Source of the DNA: Bispira polyomma
Lineage: Eukaryota
Direction: 5' to 3'
Assembly: GCA_965649765.1 (NCBI GenBank)
Contig: OZ287756.1
Coordinates: 29,698,001-29,762,000 of the forward strand
DNA: 64,000 bases
Shown here: positions 38,780-51,861 of the stretch, piece after piece
Numbering within the stretch: position 1 is the first letter of the stretch
How the letters are laid out: every line of letters starts with the position of its first letter
Made by a program: the position numbers and the translations under genes
Notes under the pieces: model-generated
Database searches by the model: none
The model's input: the letters and a program-made list of their open reading frames with translations, nothing else
Told to the model about the DNA's origin: nothing

Positions 38780-39490
38780 GGGTCATGCAGAGTACTTACG
38801 TGACCGTGGAGACCGAAGGTTCGTAATTTAGCCCCCATGTCCTTTGCAAAAATGTGGGCTGAATCCGTGTGAGCTGAAAATCCAGAATGGCCGCCGGCAG
38901 CCATTTTGAATCTTTTTCATGGTTTGGCCTACAATGCTACATAGTACATAATTTCTGGATCTTTGATGTTGTTTTGATGATTTGACCTATTTTTTACCTT
39001 TAAATTCAAGATGGCTGCCAATTTTCAATTTGGAAAGCTCAACCTTTGAAAGTCGTCATCAAGCCTTCAAAATTAGCTCTCATAAAAGCTCTGTTCATAT
39101 TCAGTTGTGTTATATACAGTAAAATTATGAGCAAATGCATCAAGGTTATCTCAGAGGTTAAAGAGGTTAAAGTCTGTGGTTGGTTAAGACCAAACCTTCA
39201 TTCTCCATAATCACAAAATATAGAGATAATCGAACAAATTGTATGTATTTGAATAAATTTGACATGTATATATACAATATTCACTTTAATTTTGAGAAGT
39301 ACAAGAACTTTACAATAATTAGTTTTGTAACTTAATGGATCAATAATCTTCATCTGAATCTATTGATTCTCCACATTTACTCCTCGTATCAACACTACTA
39401 CTGTCATTGTCATTCTCATCTGAACAGTCGCGAGGTGTGAAGTGCTGGGTCAAGAAGATGAGGGTTGGGGTGCAGTGGTCGGCACTTTCT
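38780..39490 (-). mobile_element. 3'-terminal piece of an Academ-like transposon, inverted relative to the neighbouring copy
   Basis: Reverse complement matches 42045-42642 (transposase C-terminus plus subterminal AAGATGGC/GCCATTTT motifs); absent from the paralogous flank near 63190. Confidence 0.65.
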
Positions 39491-39499
39491 ATTTAGAAT

Positions 39500-42400
39500 C
39501 ACTATCTCATCCCTTGTCATCACAGATGAACAGCTTCTAAAACGATCAAAGACAAATATACTGTCTCCTGGACACATCTACTGTCCCCTGGCCACCTCAT
39601 ATCGATCATCTTGAAGAAGGGAAAGATATGTAAGAGTTAATTGTAAAGTTGTTGACAGCCTTGCCTCCATGATCACCTACCACATCACTGGATAGTGCAC
39701 TGCCACTGTTAATTAATGCAAATGTCTATGGAATGTCAAGGACTAAAGATCTGGTGAAAACTCGGCACAAGAGTGGTGTCTGCATCAGTTTTATAGACAC
39801 ATCGATCACCCATGATTATTGGGAAGGATGTTGAGGCATCAACAACCTGTCCTCTGGGGATTGTAGATGACAAACCAGCCGTTGTGCTTGTCAACAATTC
39901 GACTTCAAGATAGATAGGCGATGCATCAGCAAGTAATCGAATAAATGTCATGTTTGTGCAGCCAGAGAGCTATGAAAAGAAACCAGATTAAGAGCTTGAT
40001 GAATAACAAAATGTCTGAACAGCTGAAGCAAAAGTGTGCATTCATGCATAAAGCCCATACCGGTACACCAGTAAAGATCTTCACCTGACAGCAAGAGTAA
40101 GCCACCAGCTTGTCCCAAAGTAGACCCACCAGTGCATGGCACAGGTCCACAGCATGCACGATCTGTGATACACACACTTTCTCATTCAGACGATGATGGC
40201 ACAAGAACACTACCTCAGGAACTATACATCACTCATCAAGAGTAAGTCCTATTATCACACAACCTATCCTGAACCGCCAAACAAGTCAGTGGTGCAGGAC
40301 ATCATGGTTAAATTTGTGGCTGCTATGCACAAGATGAATATTCCTTTCTCCTTTCTTGTTGGTGACATGCATACCTACCAGACGATCATGCAGCTCAAGG
40401 GAAATAATCTGTAACTGTTCAAGAACATCATCCCAATTATTGGTGCAATCCACCAGCACATGTCCTACATCTATGCTATCTACGTAGGATTTCAAGTCTT
40501 TGACATGACAGACACTCTGGTTACTGCAGGGGTAATATTGGAGGGGTCTGTTTACCAAGCACTATGAGTAAAGTACTACAGGCGGGTGTGTGGGGTATCT
40601 TGTTGTGGAGAGAGGCTCTTATCCAGAAACGACTAAGAAAGATTCACAGAACATCATACATAACCTTACAGGTATCTTTGGAATGATGATGACATGAAGG
40701 AAATGATCGGTAAAGTTTACAAGAAACCTGGCACAAACATTGGACTTTTGGATTTCATTCCTGGATATGTCGGACTCTATTATCCAAAGTATTGATGCAT
40801 GTCGTGCAAAAAACCGCAGATAGTAATGGTACTTATCATCAACATACAACATGTTGGCTAGACTGATGGCATATCACAATCATGACTATGGGATATGGTT
40901 GCCTGATTATTGCGTAATGCTGTCTTCACTGTTAAAGGAGCAAATGGCATTCTTTGAAAATCACCTCACCCAGTTGATGACATACTACCATACTCCTGCT
41001 AGACACTAGACATTTAGATAAAACCAGCTGGTTATCTGAACTTTAAGCTTTAGCAACGGTGGCAAATGAAAACAACATCGCAAGGGTGAGGATTACCTTG
41101 AATCAGAAACTCAAGTACCACCGTTGCCACAGAAAGAATGTTGAGTGCCAGCCAGCGAGAATAAAGAAAGATAAACAAGCAGTTTAGGACCTGCAAACAT
41201 GCATAAAGGATCATCTGCATTGAGGTCACTACAGTCTGGCCTGGTCACCTCACCAGATTTAGTATGTGACTTTAAGACCCCAATTGCAGATGGTAAAGCT
41301 TAGGTTGAAATCATCCTGTAAGATCAAACCTCTCACTGCAACCATCTACAAGAATTAACGCATTTTACTGGTGATCAGGCTAATTCAAACTGGAATTAGC
41401 CCTTGAGTGTAGAATCACTGAGAAGTGTCTCTAACTCTATAATATAGATGGGTCAATTCACAAAGTTGTTTATGAGCTGTTTACCCTATAACCAGTTACT
41501 GAGCAAATGCAGATGCTTGTGAAGGAACAGTTGAAAGCACAACTTGGTCAATTACAGGGTATAATCATATACTATAAGGGAGCACAACATCAACCAACCC
41601 TAGCATAGATGTGGCAAGTAGGGATTATGCCTTCAAGCATCCAGAAGCCCATACAATACTGCTGTCTGCCTATGCCAAGCTAAGGACTGGGAACTACATT
41701 GGAGCAATTATACTAGAATGCGAGGACACAGAGATGTATGTTGTCTCAAAACAAATCAGAGGTGATTTGTTGGATTAACGTAAACATGCATTAAATAACT
41801 GTCATACCATGTTCTCAGAAGAAGCTGAAGATATCATCATTTGCCCTCTACTAATTGTCTATACTGAGAGACAGATGTTACCTGTCAGCAGGCCAGAGCT
41901 TCCAAGTGGCACAAATTGAAGAAAAAGAATACAATCCACCTCTCCATTTGAAAAGGACTAACTACCTTACATATTGCCAGCTCCATTACAACCTACTAGA
42001 GCATCCTTCCCCAATTGGCCATGGCTGGAAAATTCTGAATTGAAAGTACCGACCAGTGCATTACCCCCTTGACCAAGCACTTCACACCTCATGACTGTTT
42101 AGATGAGTGACAATGACAGTAGTAGTGATGATGAGGAGTGAATGTGAAGAATCAACAAATTCAGATAAAGAGTATTGATCCAATAATGACCATTAGTGAC
42201 AGAACTAATTATTGTAAAGTTGTAAATTGAGGCTCAATACCTTGTACTTCCCTGAAATGAAGTGAATATTGATGTATAAAAAGATGTCAAATTTATTCAA
42301 ATACACACAATTTGTTCCGTTATCTCCGGTGATTTTGTGATCATGAGAATGAAGGTTTCATTCTAACCACAAACATTAACCTTTTTCACCTCTGAGATGA

Positions 42401-42642
42401 CCTTGATGCATTTACTTATAGCTTTACTGTCTCAAACACAACTGGACATGAACAGAGCTTTCATCAGAGCCTATTTTAAAGGCTTTATGATGATTTTAAA
42501 AATTTGAGCTTTAAGAGTTAAAAATTGGCAGCCATCTTGGATTTGAAGATCAAATCATCAAAACAACATCAAATTTGAATTTTTTTTGACCCAAAAAGTC
42601 CCACGAATGATGTACTATTGTAGGCCAAATCGTTAAAAAGAT
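39500..42642 (+). mobile_element. Academ(X)-like DNA transposon, degenerate
   Basis: FLVGDMHTYQTIMQLK..IIPIIGAIHQHMSYIYAIY..GVILEGSV..KYYRR (transposase); HPEAHTILL..EDTEMYV (XPG/PIN-like HxEADT..DTD); LHLKRTNY..PSPIGHGW. Confidence 0.72.
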
Positions 42643-43068
42643 AATATTAATTTATTTACATGACCACCTATCTATTAAAATAATATATAGATGAACTATA
42701 TTTTATCAAATATCTATAAATTTCTATGTAAATTTTTTTTTTTTTAAATTTCCATTTTTAACAAAAAAAAACCTTCAACCCCTCAACCGTAGACCCGTCA
42801 GGCTGGTAACCTGACAGCCTACATATATACTATATATATCATAACATCTCAACCTGCCAACCTATCGACCTATATATGAAGATATATAGAGGAACTATAT
42901 TACATGAATTTCTACACAGAAGTATATGTATTCATACACAGGTAGGGGATTAACAAAACTATTCCCACTTGGGAGTTGAAACAATATATATTTGTCTGCA
43001 AGACATAGATTTAGCCACCTTGTGTTCTTGTAGTACAGCAAGTATTATAGTACTGTAAAATGTATAAT

Positions 43069-44250
43069 CTATGAATCTAAAGCTACACCATATTTATCAA
43101 TGGAATAGTACAAAGAAAGTGTTTCTTCCAAATGTCTTAAGAAATTGATTTTATTTAAACAAACTGTTTCTTTATTTTTGTATTCAGTTATACCATTTCG
43201 AAGACAGTGAATGGTTTCATTGAGTGTTTGGAAGTCCATGGTAGTCATGCATTTAAAAATATTAGCAAATTGTCCCTGGTACAGAAATTGTACATGTGTT
43301 CCATGAAGAGTGTGAATACCATGCTGCTCTGCATCCAAGCATCTTAACTGTGGCTTCACCTCAGAATCACACTTGCTCATGGAATGCCTCATATTCCATG
43401 AGCATGGTAACAGTCGATGTTGTTCAGGATCACGTTGAATATACAGCAGTAAAAGATCCTGATCATCTGTTGGCCTCAAAGGACTGCGAGCAATTTTGCT
43501 GCAATTCACTAGTCGCGCCAGAAAAGACATAGCTCTTAATTTGCCTAAGTCCATCAACATTAAGCCAGCATTAATCCCTAAATTGTCATAGATGAATGAG
43601 TTGAGATGCTTTTTGTGTTCTCCAAAATATCTTGATCCTGACGTGGAAGACATAGTTTGCCCAGGTTGAAACTGATTAAAGATATTCCACAATTTGGCAA
43701 TGTCATCAAACATTACAAAATCTGCATCAATATAGATCAGTTTAGATGTGTATGTGGAAACCAGTTGGGAATTAAACAAGGAACCGTATGCACTAAGCTT
43801 CTTTTGTAGTTGTCCATCCCGTAAAGGCAAGTATTTGTCCCAGTCATGCGCATGAATATCTAGCCGAAACACTTTTACTCTCTGTTGAATATGCTCTGGC
43901 CATACACCAAGGTACTCACTCAGTCGTTCCACAGCATTATCATTGGTCACTATGTAAAGGTGGAGGTGTTTGGTTGTTGTAAATATGATGGATTTGATTA
44001 ACACAAGACCATATCCGAAATAAATCTTTCCTGTCATAATCGTAGCAATGTGTATTGTTTCATTGTTGACAACAAAGGCAGGTTGTATTGAATCATTTCT
44101 TTCCAAACCATTGTATGTCTGGTTTTCTTTTTCATTCATCTTTATCACATTATTACTACTGAGCTCAGTTTTATATACCAAACAACAGCACAGGCTAAAT
44201 ATTGCCAATATAAATAAGACATATTTCTTACTTGGTGTTGGTATAGTCAT
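43069..44250 (-). CDS. GT8-family glycosyltransferase, intronless CDS (copy C)
   Basis: 393 aa intact; TM anchor, LIYIDAD, GINAGLMLMDL, DDQDLL, LPCSWN. Confidence 0.92.
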   Translation of the reverse strand: MTIPTPSKKYVLFILAIFSLCCCLVYKTELSSNNVIKMNEKENQTYNGLERNDSIQPAFVVNNETIHIATIMTGKIYFGYGLVLIKSIIFTTTKHLHLYIVTNDNAVERLSEYLGVWPEHIQQRVKVFRLDIHAHDWDKYLPLRDGQLQKKLSAYGSLFNSQLVSTYTSKLIYIDADFVMFDDIAKLWNIFNQFQPGQTMSSTSGSRYFGEHKKHLNSFIYDNLGINAGLMLMDLGKLRAMSFLARLVNCSKIARSPLRPTDDQDLLLLYIQRDPEQHRLLPCSWNMRHSMSKCDSEVKPQLRCLDAEQHGIHTLHGTHVQFLYQGQFANIFKCMTTMDFQTLNETIHCLRNGITEYKNKETVCLNKINFLRHLEETLSLYYSIDKYGVALDS

Positions 44251-44964
44251 ATTTCTAAAACAATATCCACACGTTTATGGATGTCAATGTTTGAAGCATT
44301 TAAAAAATAATTGTTTTTGAATGATTTTGCATATCATTAATTCTGCAACCTCTTTTTATATTATAAACAAATACTAACATCTATAATAAACATAATTAAC
44401 ATTCCATGTACAGTAATAATAAAGATGTAATATTTCTTTTGTGCACCAAATCATTATTGGTTTAAAAAGTACATAAATACATTATATGTTCCATTACAAA
44501 CAGTATTGTACTCTAAGAGGCATAGTGTTTTTAGATTTGAGAAGATCAAATGTTCTATATTTTTTTGGAGTAAGCTTTCAATTTGTTACAGTTTCACATC
44601 ATAAAAGTACACAACAAATGTAATGTTAATTCAATAACTGCTATGTAGTCACAATGCTTTAATATTTGTTACAATTTTTTTAACTGCTAGTCGAACATAA
44701 TATTGATTAGTTTAGGTTTATTGATATGAGAGGAATAAATCTTTTACTATTGTCAGGTTATCTATACTCTTACACTGTAACCATTATTAATTGCAAGTTC
44801 AATATTGAGGAATAGATTTTTAGACTCACTAAAGGCGTAAAAATCAACACTCATATTTTCTAGACCACAATGGTAATGCCTTACTTTACATCGGTATCTG
44901 ACCAAGTTGACATAACAATTGTGTATAGTTTTCAATATATAATATACTTATATATATAAATACA

Positions 44965-45007
44965 TATATATATAATACATTTCCTGCTCTTGTTTATCCT
45001 TCCTACA

Positions 45008-45072
<65 letters not shown>

Positions 45073-45109
45073 CATTTCCTGCTCTTGTTTATCCTTCCTA
45101 CAGTGATAT
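44965..45109. repeat. (TA)n flanked by an exact direct repeat of about 45 bp
   Basis: ATAATACATTTCCTGCTCTTGTTTATCCTTCCTACAGTGATAT on both sides of the TA run. Confidence 0.9.
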
Positions 45110-45195
45110 TCTATATTTTGCTGGTGTTATTTGTATTAAAGTTAGATTAGGTGTGAATTACAAGCAGAGCCAAATTGAGTCAACAAAAGACAATA

Positions 45196-45411
45196 CCATG
45201 ACAATACCATGACAAAGTATGGTAATTTGTAATTTGACTACCTGGGTGGCATGGCCAGATCATATTTAACAGAGGTTGAAAGTGTTTCGGTTAGATATTC
45301 ACTCGCATGGTATATGGTAAATTTACCATGATTGGAGGTGTAGTAACACAAAGTCGAACCTCCAAGGGTGGTAAAAAGTACTATATACCATGCTTTGTCA
45401 TGGGTCATTCC
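45196..45411. mobile_element. MITE-like fold-back element
   Basis: Terminal inverted repeat CCATGACAAAG(T/C)ATGGTA / TACCATGCTTTGTCATGG plus an internal palindrome TTACCA..TTGGAGGT / ACCTCCAA..TGGTAA. Confidence 0.5.
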
Positions 45412-47839
45412 AATTCATGACAAATTAAATTTATTACCTCATTCCAGCCGTTTTTACCGCAAAATTATGTTATGGAAGGAACTTTATCTACTGGGCGTCC
45501 AGTACAGACCAAATTAATCTATTTCCGTCTCTGGTTATTATTAAAAGCTTTTGAATATTATAATATATATCCAATGAAAATTTCCACTTGAATTGCCAGT
45601 TGCTTTACTCTTCAGTGCTATAAATTAAATGACATGAAGATTACTGTAATGTCATCGTATTATATGTTTCTGGTCCCTCGATTTGACTCGTGAGCAAAAA
45701 AAATAAGCCCCTGAATTATCGTTGTCAAACTAAGTTGTCTGATGTGTTCCACAGTTATCCTTACACTCGAGGGTTTGTTCCTGAGCTATCATAAGCCCCG
45801 CCTGAGTTATCTTTACACTCCGATGACTTATCCTTAACACATAGCTTCCTGACCTATCGTTAGGAATAGGGCGATCACTTGGAATAGTTTTCTTTACAAA
45901 TCCTCCTAATTTGGGTCGTGGGCGAGGAAGATTATAGAGATAGGTCGTTTGGGCCTAATGATACGTCGTTGCAAGCTCCTGAGTAGTCCTGATTGGTCAA
46001 GAGTTATCGGACATGTGTCACCCAATCGCAAAGGTTTTTAAACATGCTTGAAAACCTGAGTCAATGGCTCGATTGTCTCGATAGCTAAAGATAACTCGGG
46101 AGCAACATTTGAGCCTCACGATTATACCTTCAGGTGGCTCCTGATCCTTAAATCGGAATGGTTTGAGGTATTTATTCTGTACAGGTTAGTATGTATGTAC
46201 AGGGGAAGGTAAAAAGGTATGTTAAAATGTTATAAAATATAAGATTTTAATATGAACCCAAATAGAGGAAGAGACTATGGAGGAAAAGGTAGAAGGAACA
46301 ATAAAAGCAGCTTGGGAAGTTTATTGGAGGTAAGACCACACGGCAGAGCTACTCCAAAGACTGTGGGCCATAATGTTTTGGAGAGAAACGCTGTTGCGCC
46401 AGATCTGCGGAAAGTATAAAAACCGTGAAATGAAGGGTCAATTCTAAGGTGTCGGAGGATTTGTCTAAGAGCAGATCTGATATGAGACTCAATAATGGGA
46501 AAATGTGGTAGGTTGGAGAAAACAAATAAAGGGGTAGAGGGAGGGAGATCCCTAGATAGGAGCAATTCGGAAAGAGCCTACACTGGACATAAGTGAGGGA
46601 CAGAAATAGAGGGAAGTTGTATGAGATGGGTAGATGTCCTGTGTTTCATGTTCTTGGCCCACTTGATAATTAAGTGCGCACTAGGGGAACCAAAAACCAC
46701 ATGCTACCTAAGTATGTGTTTGGTGAGGTAAAATTTTGCCCTAGAGTTGGGAGCTATATTAGACGTAACGATATATCTAAAAAGGACAGGGTCCTGCAAT
46801 GTCTTACAGGCCTGAGAAATGTGTGATAAGTGTTTTATAGTAAACAGGCCTTTAGGAGCAGGCCTGAAATGTGAGTTATGCACCAAACTACGAAGACAAA
46901 GTAAAGTGGCATTGTAATTGAAAATATCTGGAAAAATATTAAACTTCTGAGTCATGAATCTCAATGCAGCCAGGTAGTTCTTTATCACTTTTGAAGATAG
47001 CCCATTTTTGGTTAAATACTCCAAAAAGGCTAGAATATAGTGGACTGAAATGTCCGCATGTTAACATAATGCAGAAAAGAAAGGAATGTTCTGAACTGCA
47101 AAGTATATGCTGCAATGGTGGAAGGTCTGAGAGTTGTGTGAAGTCTTCTGAAGGCAGCATCCCCCAGAGCTGATGATGCTTCTGTGGAACCTGTAATCAG
47201 ATATTGAAATATAAATTATGATAATGTACAAGGACATCTCTACGTATGTGATTTCTAAGGGCTAACATGATTTGATGGTTGGGAGGACTTGTCAAATATA
47301 CACACGACAACACGTAAGCGTACATATTATCCTTACCTATAATGTGTTGAACTGTTATAGTAATATTATAGATAGAACAGATGAGCCAGATATTGCGTAT
47401 GCATGCAGCTAAGAATGGATCCTTTGCCTTGCCGGTCATAACGACCAGGACAACTGCTAGATTGTCGCAATTAAAACTTACCTTTTGGTGAGCCCAGTTC
47501 TTTCCCAAACCCTAAGTAAAATGACAACATTAACCTCCAGTTAAGTAATGGCCATCGTCTGACCAAAGATGTCAATGACTGGTGTTAATAAATTTCCTGA
47601 CCCTATAATGCCCCCATACCTCTTGCCCCCTCTTGTGAAAAATCAATATCTTTAGGGTTATAGTAGGTAATACCATTATAGGCATGTAAGAAACGAATAA
47701 ACCAATCAAGGCCATAGTTCATGTTATCAGTAATATTAAACCTCTTGGAGTTGGGGGAAGCCCTAAGAACGGCAAGAGGCCTGTTGATCAAACACCTTGC
47801 AGGTTTAACACATTATGGATGTAAAGGAGCTTACCTTAA

Positions 47840-48700
47840 GTGGGGGTTCCACATTCAGGATTTGGTTCCCAACCTTCCCGACTTTGTGATTGATATCAGG
47901 AAAATCGGCAAAAGGTATAGGTCGGGGACGAAAACGGGGTGGTTGGGAAGGGCGGGAAGATTATCAAAAAAGGTTGATATTTTGTAAAAGTGTCCCAACT
48001 TTAGTCCCGGACCTTCAAAAATGGGAAGATTGGCTTCGGCGTGTAAGTTCGATCTCATTAGTGATACGTTCTGTCTGATAGGTCTTAATACCACTCCCGG
48101 CCTGTCCTAATGCTGGCCCGTCGAAACATATAGGTTGGGGGGCAAAAACGGGGTGGTCGGAAGGTCGGGAGGAATTTATGTATGAAGACAAATATAAAAG
48201 CCCATTTTGTAACGGAAATCAGTTTAAAAGCTGTTTACCTTTGCGACATCGAACCCACTTCAGGTAAAGTTCATGTACGCGAACGATGAATTTGTTTGCT
48301 GTTATTTAGAACAAACTTTTATCAAAAATGAGGTCTAAACAGGTATTATTTCTTTTATTCCAGTTACAATAATCTCATTTTGTCATCTATATTATACCAT
48401 AACAGTCCCGACTTATATACATTTTATACGTTCACTCTTTATGGTCTGGGTGGTGAATCCGTCAGATCGTATTGCTGATACGTTCGATCCTAGGGTGATA
48501 CGTCAGATCCTATGGCCAGTAAGTTTGATCCTATATAGGTTCAAGTAAGATCGGGGTCAGCGCCCTGTTCAATCGGTAAGGTACCCCACATTTTAATTTT
48601 CCCGCCTAAAAATGGATTTTATTGATTTTTTCGCTCCAATCTTCCTGACTTTAAAATTGGGCCCATTTTGCCGATCGAACTTGGATGTGGAACCCCCCCT
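47840..48700. mobile_element. Non-autonomous TIR element, Kolobok-like (TTAA target)
   Basis: TIRs GGGGGTTCCACAT / ATGTGGAACCCCC; flanks TTAA (47836-47839) and TTAG (48701-48704); removal restores LQSLL-GKLLYIH of the YR element. Confidence 0.75.
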
Positions 48701-51700
48701 TTAGGAGTGATTGTAGTCTAATAAGAGATAGCCAAGTTTTGCTACGTGCTTCTAAGCATTCTAGGTGTATTTGATCATTTTTTTCTTGTGTGATACTTGT
48801 GGTACAAGCAGAGATGTCCACATCTACGGCCAGGTTTGTAACCTTAGTAGAGGTAGGAGAAATCTTACTAGGATTCATGGGAAGACCTAAATCATCTAAT
48901 AAACTACAAAATTTTTCAAAACCTTCCTTAGCCTTGACCTTATGACATATGCAAAGATAATCATCAATGTAATGTTAATGTTTTTACTTCTGTAGCACCA
49001 CAATCAATGACCAGGCATCCTCTGTAGCGCATATCCTAGTCAGTGTGCAAGAGCATAGTCCGGTAGACAGAAAAGGTTTGTGATCAGAGATTCAGTTGTG
49101 AACATCAGATGGCATGCTAAGGTGAAAAAGCGAGCTGATACAAATGAGCCTTTTTTTGAAACCCATGATGCTTGTCTCAGTCCGAAGACTGATAGGGAGG
49201 CTATTCCACTCAGCAGGTGCTGCAACTAAGAATGATTTTGAACCAGCTTGTTTTTTTGGTAAGAAACCAGAGGTGGAGAGACTCTGGTGAGATTGCTGAG
49301 AGACAACATAGATGATAAGTAGGCAGGTTGATGTACATGGACTGTCTTAAAAATGAGGACAATTACCTTGAATTTAATGCGAAACTCAATGTAATTGTTT
49401 CAGCAGGGGAGTAGTGTTAGTGTGAGGGCCAGCATGGCTTACTATTCTGCACAGGTTATTTTGTATTTTCTGTAGTTTGTTTATTTGGCCCTCTCCAATT
49501 CCATATAGTAGTGAGTTACAGTAATCCAGTCGACTTGATACCAGGGCATTTACCACTGCAATGGCATTTTCTTGGGTTAAATGTCGTCGAATCCTGCGTA
49601 AGTCACGGATGTTGCCGTAGCAGGAACGACAAATATTCAAGACATGTTTTATGAAGGAGAAGTCAGAGTCAAAAGTAACTCCTAGGTTCCTCGCACTGTC
49701 AGCAGGAACAGTGCTGCTGCCAAGGAGAGTAGCAGGGAAGAAGTCATGAACCTTTTCCCTCTGATGTTTGGAGCCAATAAGTAGGAATTCTGTTTTGTCA
49801 GGGTTTGTCAGGGTTTTAATTTTGAATTTTTCATCCAAGATTCAATTGAACACAGGCAGTTAGAAAGCTGTTCCAGGATCTGAGAACAATTTTTGAGAGT
49901 AAGGGAGCAGCAGATCTGTGTGTCATCTGTATAAAAGTGATAGCTAATATTGTGGTGTGAGCATATTATACTTGCGAGGGGGGTAGTGTACAGTGATAAC
50001 AGAAGGGGCGCTAGAACAAAACCTTGAGGGACACCGAAAGGGATATCGAAATGAGATGACTCGGCTCTGTTGACACTGATGATTTGATCACAGCATTCGA
50101 GATAGGATTCAATCCCTTGAAGAACCGAGTTTGATAGCTCGAACTAAGAATTAAGGCATTCAGAAAGTATCTTGTGGTCAATTGTGTCAAATGCAGCAGA
50201 CAAATCGAGGAGGGTAACTGCAACCACACCACCTCTATCTAATATCATATTGATGTCACTGCTAATTTTGAGAAGTGCTATTTCAGTCAAATGGAATTTT
50301 CTGTAGGCTGACTGGTATGTATTTCCCATATGGTTTGTGCACAGGTGTTCATTTATTTGGAGAGTGACAGCTTTCTCAATCAATTTTGAGACAAAGCTTA
50401 GATTTGAAACTGGTCTGTAATTTTTAAGGTTATTTCTGTCTAGATTTGGCTTTTTATGTATGGGGCTTACATTGGCAGTTCTGAACTATTTGCGGAAGCA
50501 GCCCTCTTGGAGTGAGTAGTTTATAATGTTTGTGATGGGAGTTAATAGGATATCTATACAATCCTTTAGTAAGGAAGTTGGGATAGGGTCTAGGTCACAT
50601 TGTTTGGAAGGGGATGAAGTAATGATTTTAAGGACTAAATCTCTGCTGAGTGTTCTGAATTTATTTAAGGGAGTTAGTTTGTATGGTGGAGTTGGGGTAT
50701 TGAGAGAGGTGGATGCCTTGAAAGCCATACGAATTTTATCAATCTTCCCTGAGAAAAATTTTCCAAATGAATTTGCAGCTTCCTAAAAGTTGTTACAGTC
50801 CGGCAGAACCGGATCTGTAACTTTATGAAGTATCTTCTTTACAGATTGCCAAAATTTCCTTGAGTCTGTGCAACTTCTTGAGATGAGAGAATCGTAATGA
50901 TCTTTCTTAGCCTTTGAAAGGAGCCTGTTGTGATGGTTGACAGCCGCTCTGTTGTGTGACCTGTCAACCCTGGATTTAGTGTGGCGCCATATTTTCTTCA
51001 AGAACCGTTTCCGCTTCTTTGCAGTAAGGATTTCTGGGGTGATCCAGCTGCAGTCTGGGTGAGATGAAACATTTTTTTCCCGAAGGGGCGCATGATTTGT
51101 CTATGATAACTCCCAGGACAGTTTTGTATTGATCACACAGATCAGTAGCATTAGTCTTTGGGTTTCTGAGAAGTTCGGAGGATGTGATGTCACTTTTGAA
51201 CTTGTCAATGTTGAATTTATTTTTTTTTTGTAGAAAGAAAAGTGTCTTATTCTACTTGTTTGTGCTTTATTTTATGTGGTTACAACAAAATAATGATGAA
51301 TCACGTAATAATACCACAAGTTTGTGAAACTTCAGGCATTTAGTTTGATAGTTAACCACAGTAACATAGTATATACAATTATCGCCCACCACACCATCTG
51401 CTGGTGTGATTCCACGGTGCTTTCTATATATTAAATAGAAAATTGACTCATACTACTTGTCTGTACACTATTCCATGTGGTTGCAGTGAATAAAGAAGAA
51501 ACATATAACATCCAGTTTGACAGTTCACACACATTTACAGTATATGCAATATCGCCCATCACACCTTTGCCGGCAGGACTTTCATAAAGAAAATAATATA
51601 ATGAAAAGAAAAGTGTTCAGGTGTAGAAATTTCAGACAATGACAGCATAACAAAAATAAATTGTTTTCTCACCCAAGTCTACCATTACGCCAATGGACTT

Positions 51701-51861
51701 GATTGTAGTTAAAGAAGAACTGTAAAGAACAAGTAATATGATACATAAGGGCTATTCCTAGGACTGACAAACGACAGATAATGAATTCCTGTTGGTGAAT
51801 ATAAACTTTTAAGCTACTGTAAAGCAGAGTCAATCTAGTAAAATTTCTCCCGGACTCAATT

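Noticed and set aside
1855-50085. Additional CTGATGA words (about 1858, 47170, 50077) as hammerheads
   Set aside because: No stem II/GAAA/stem III arrangement follows them.
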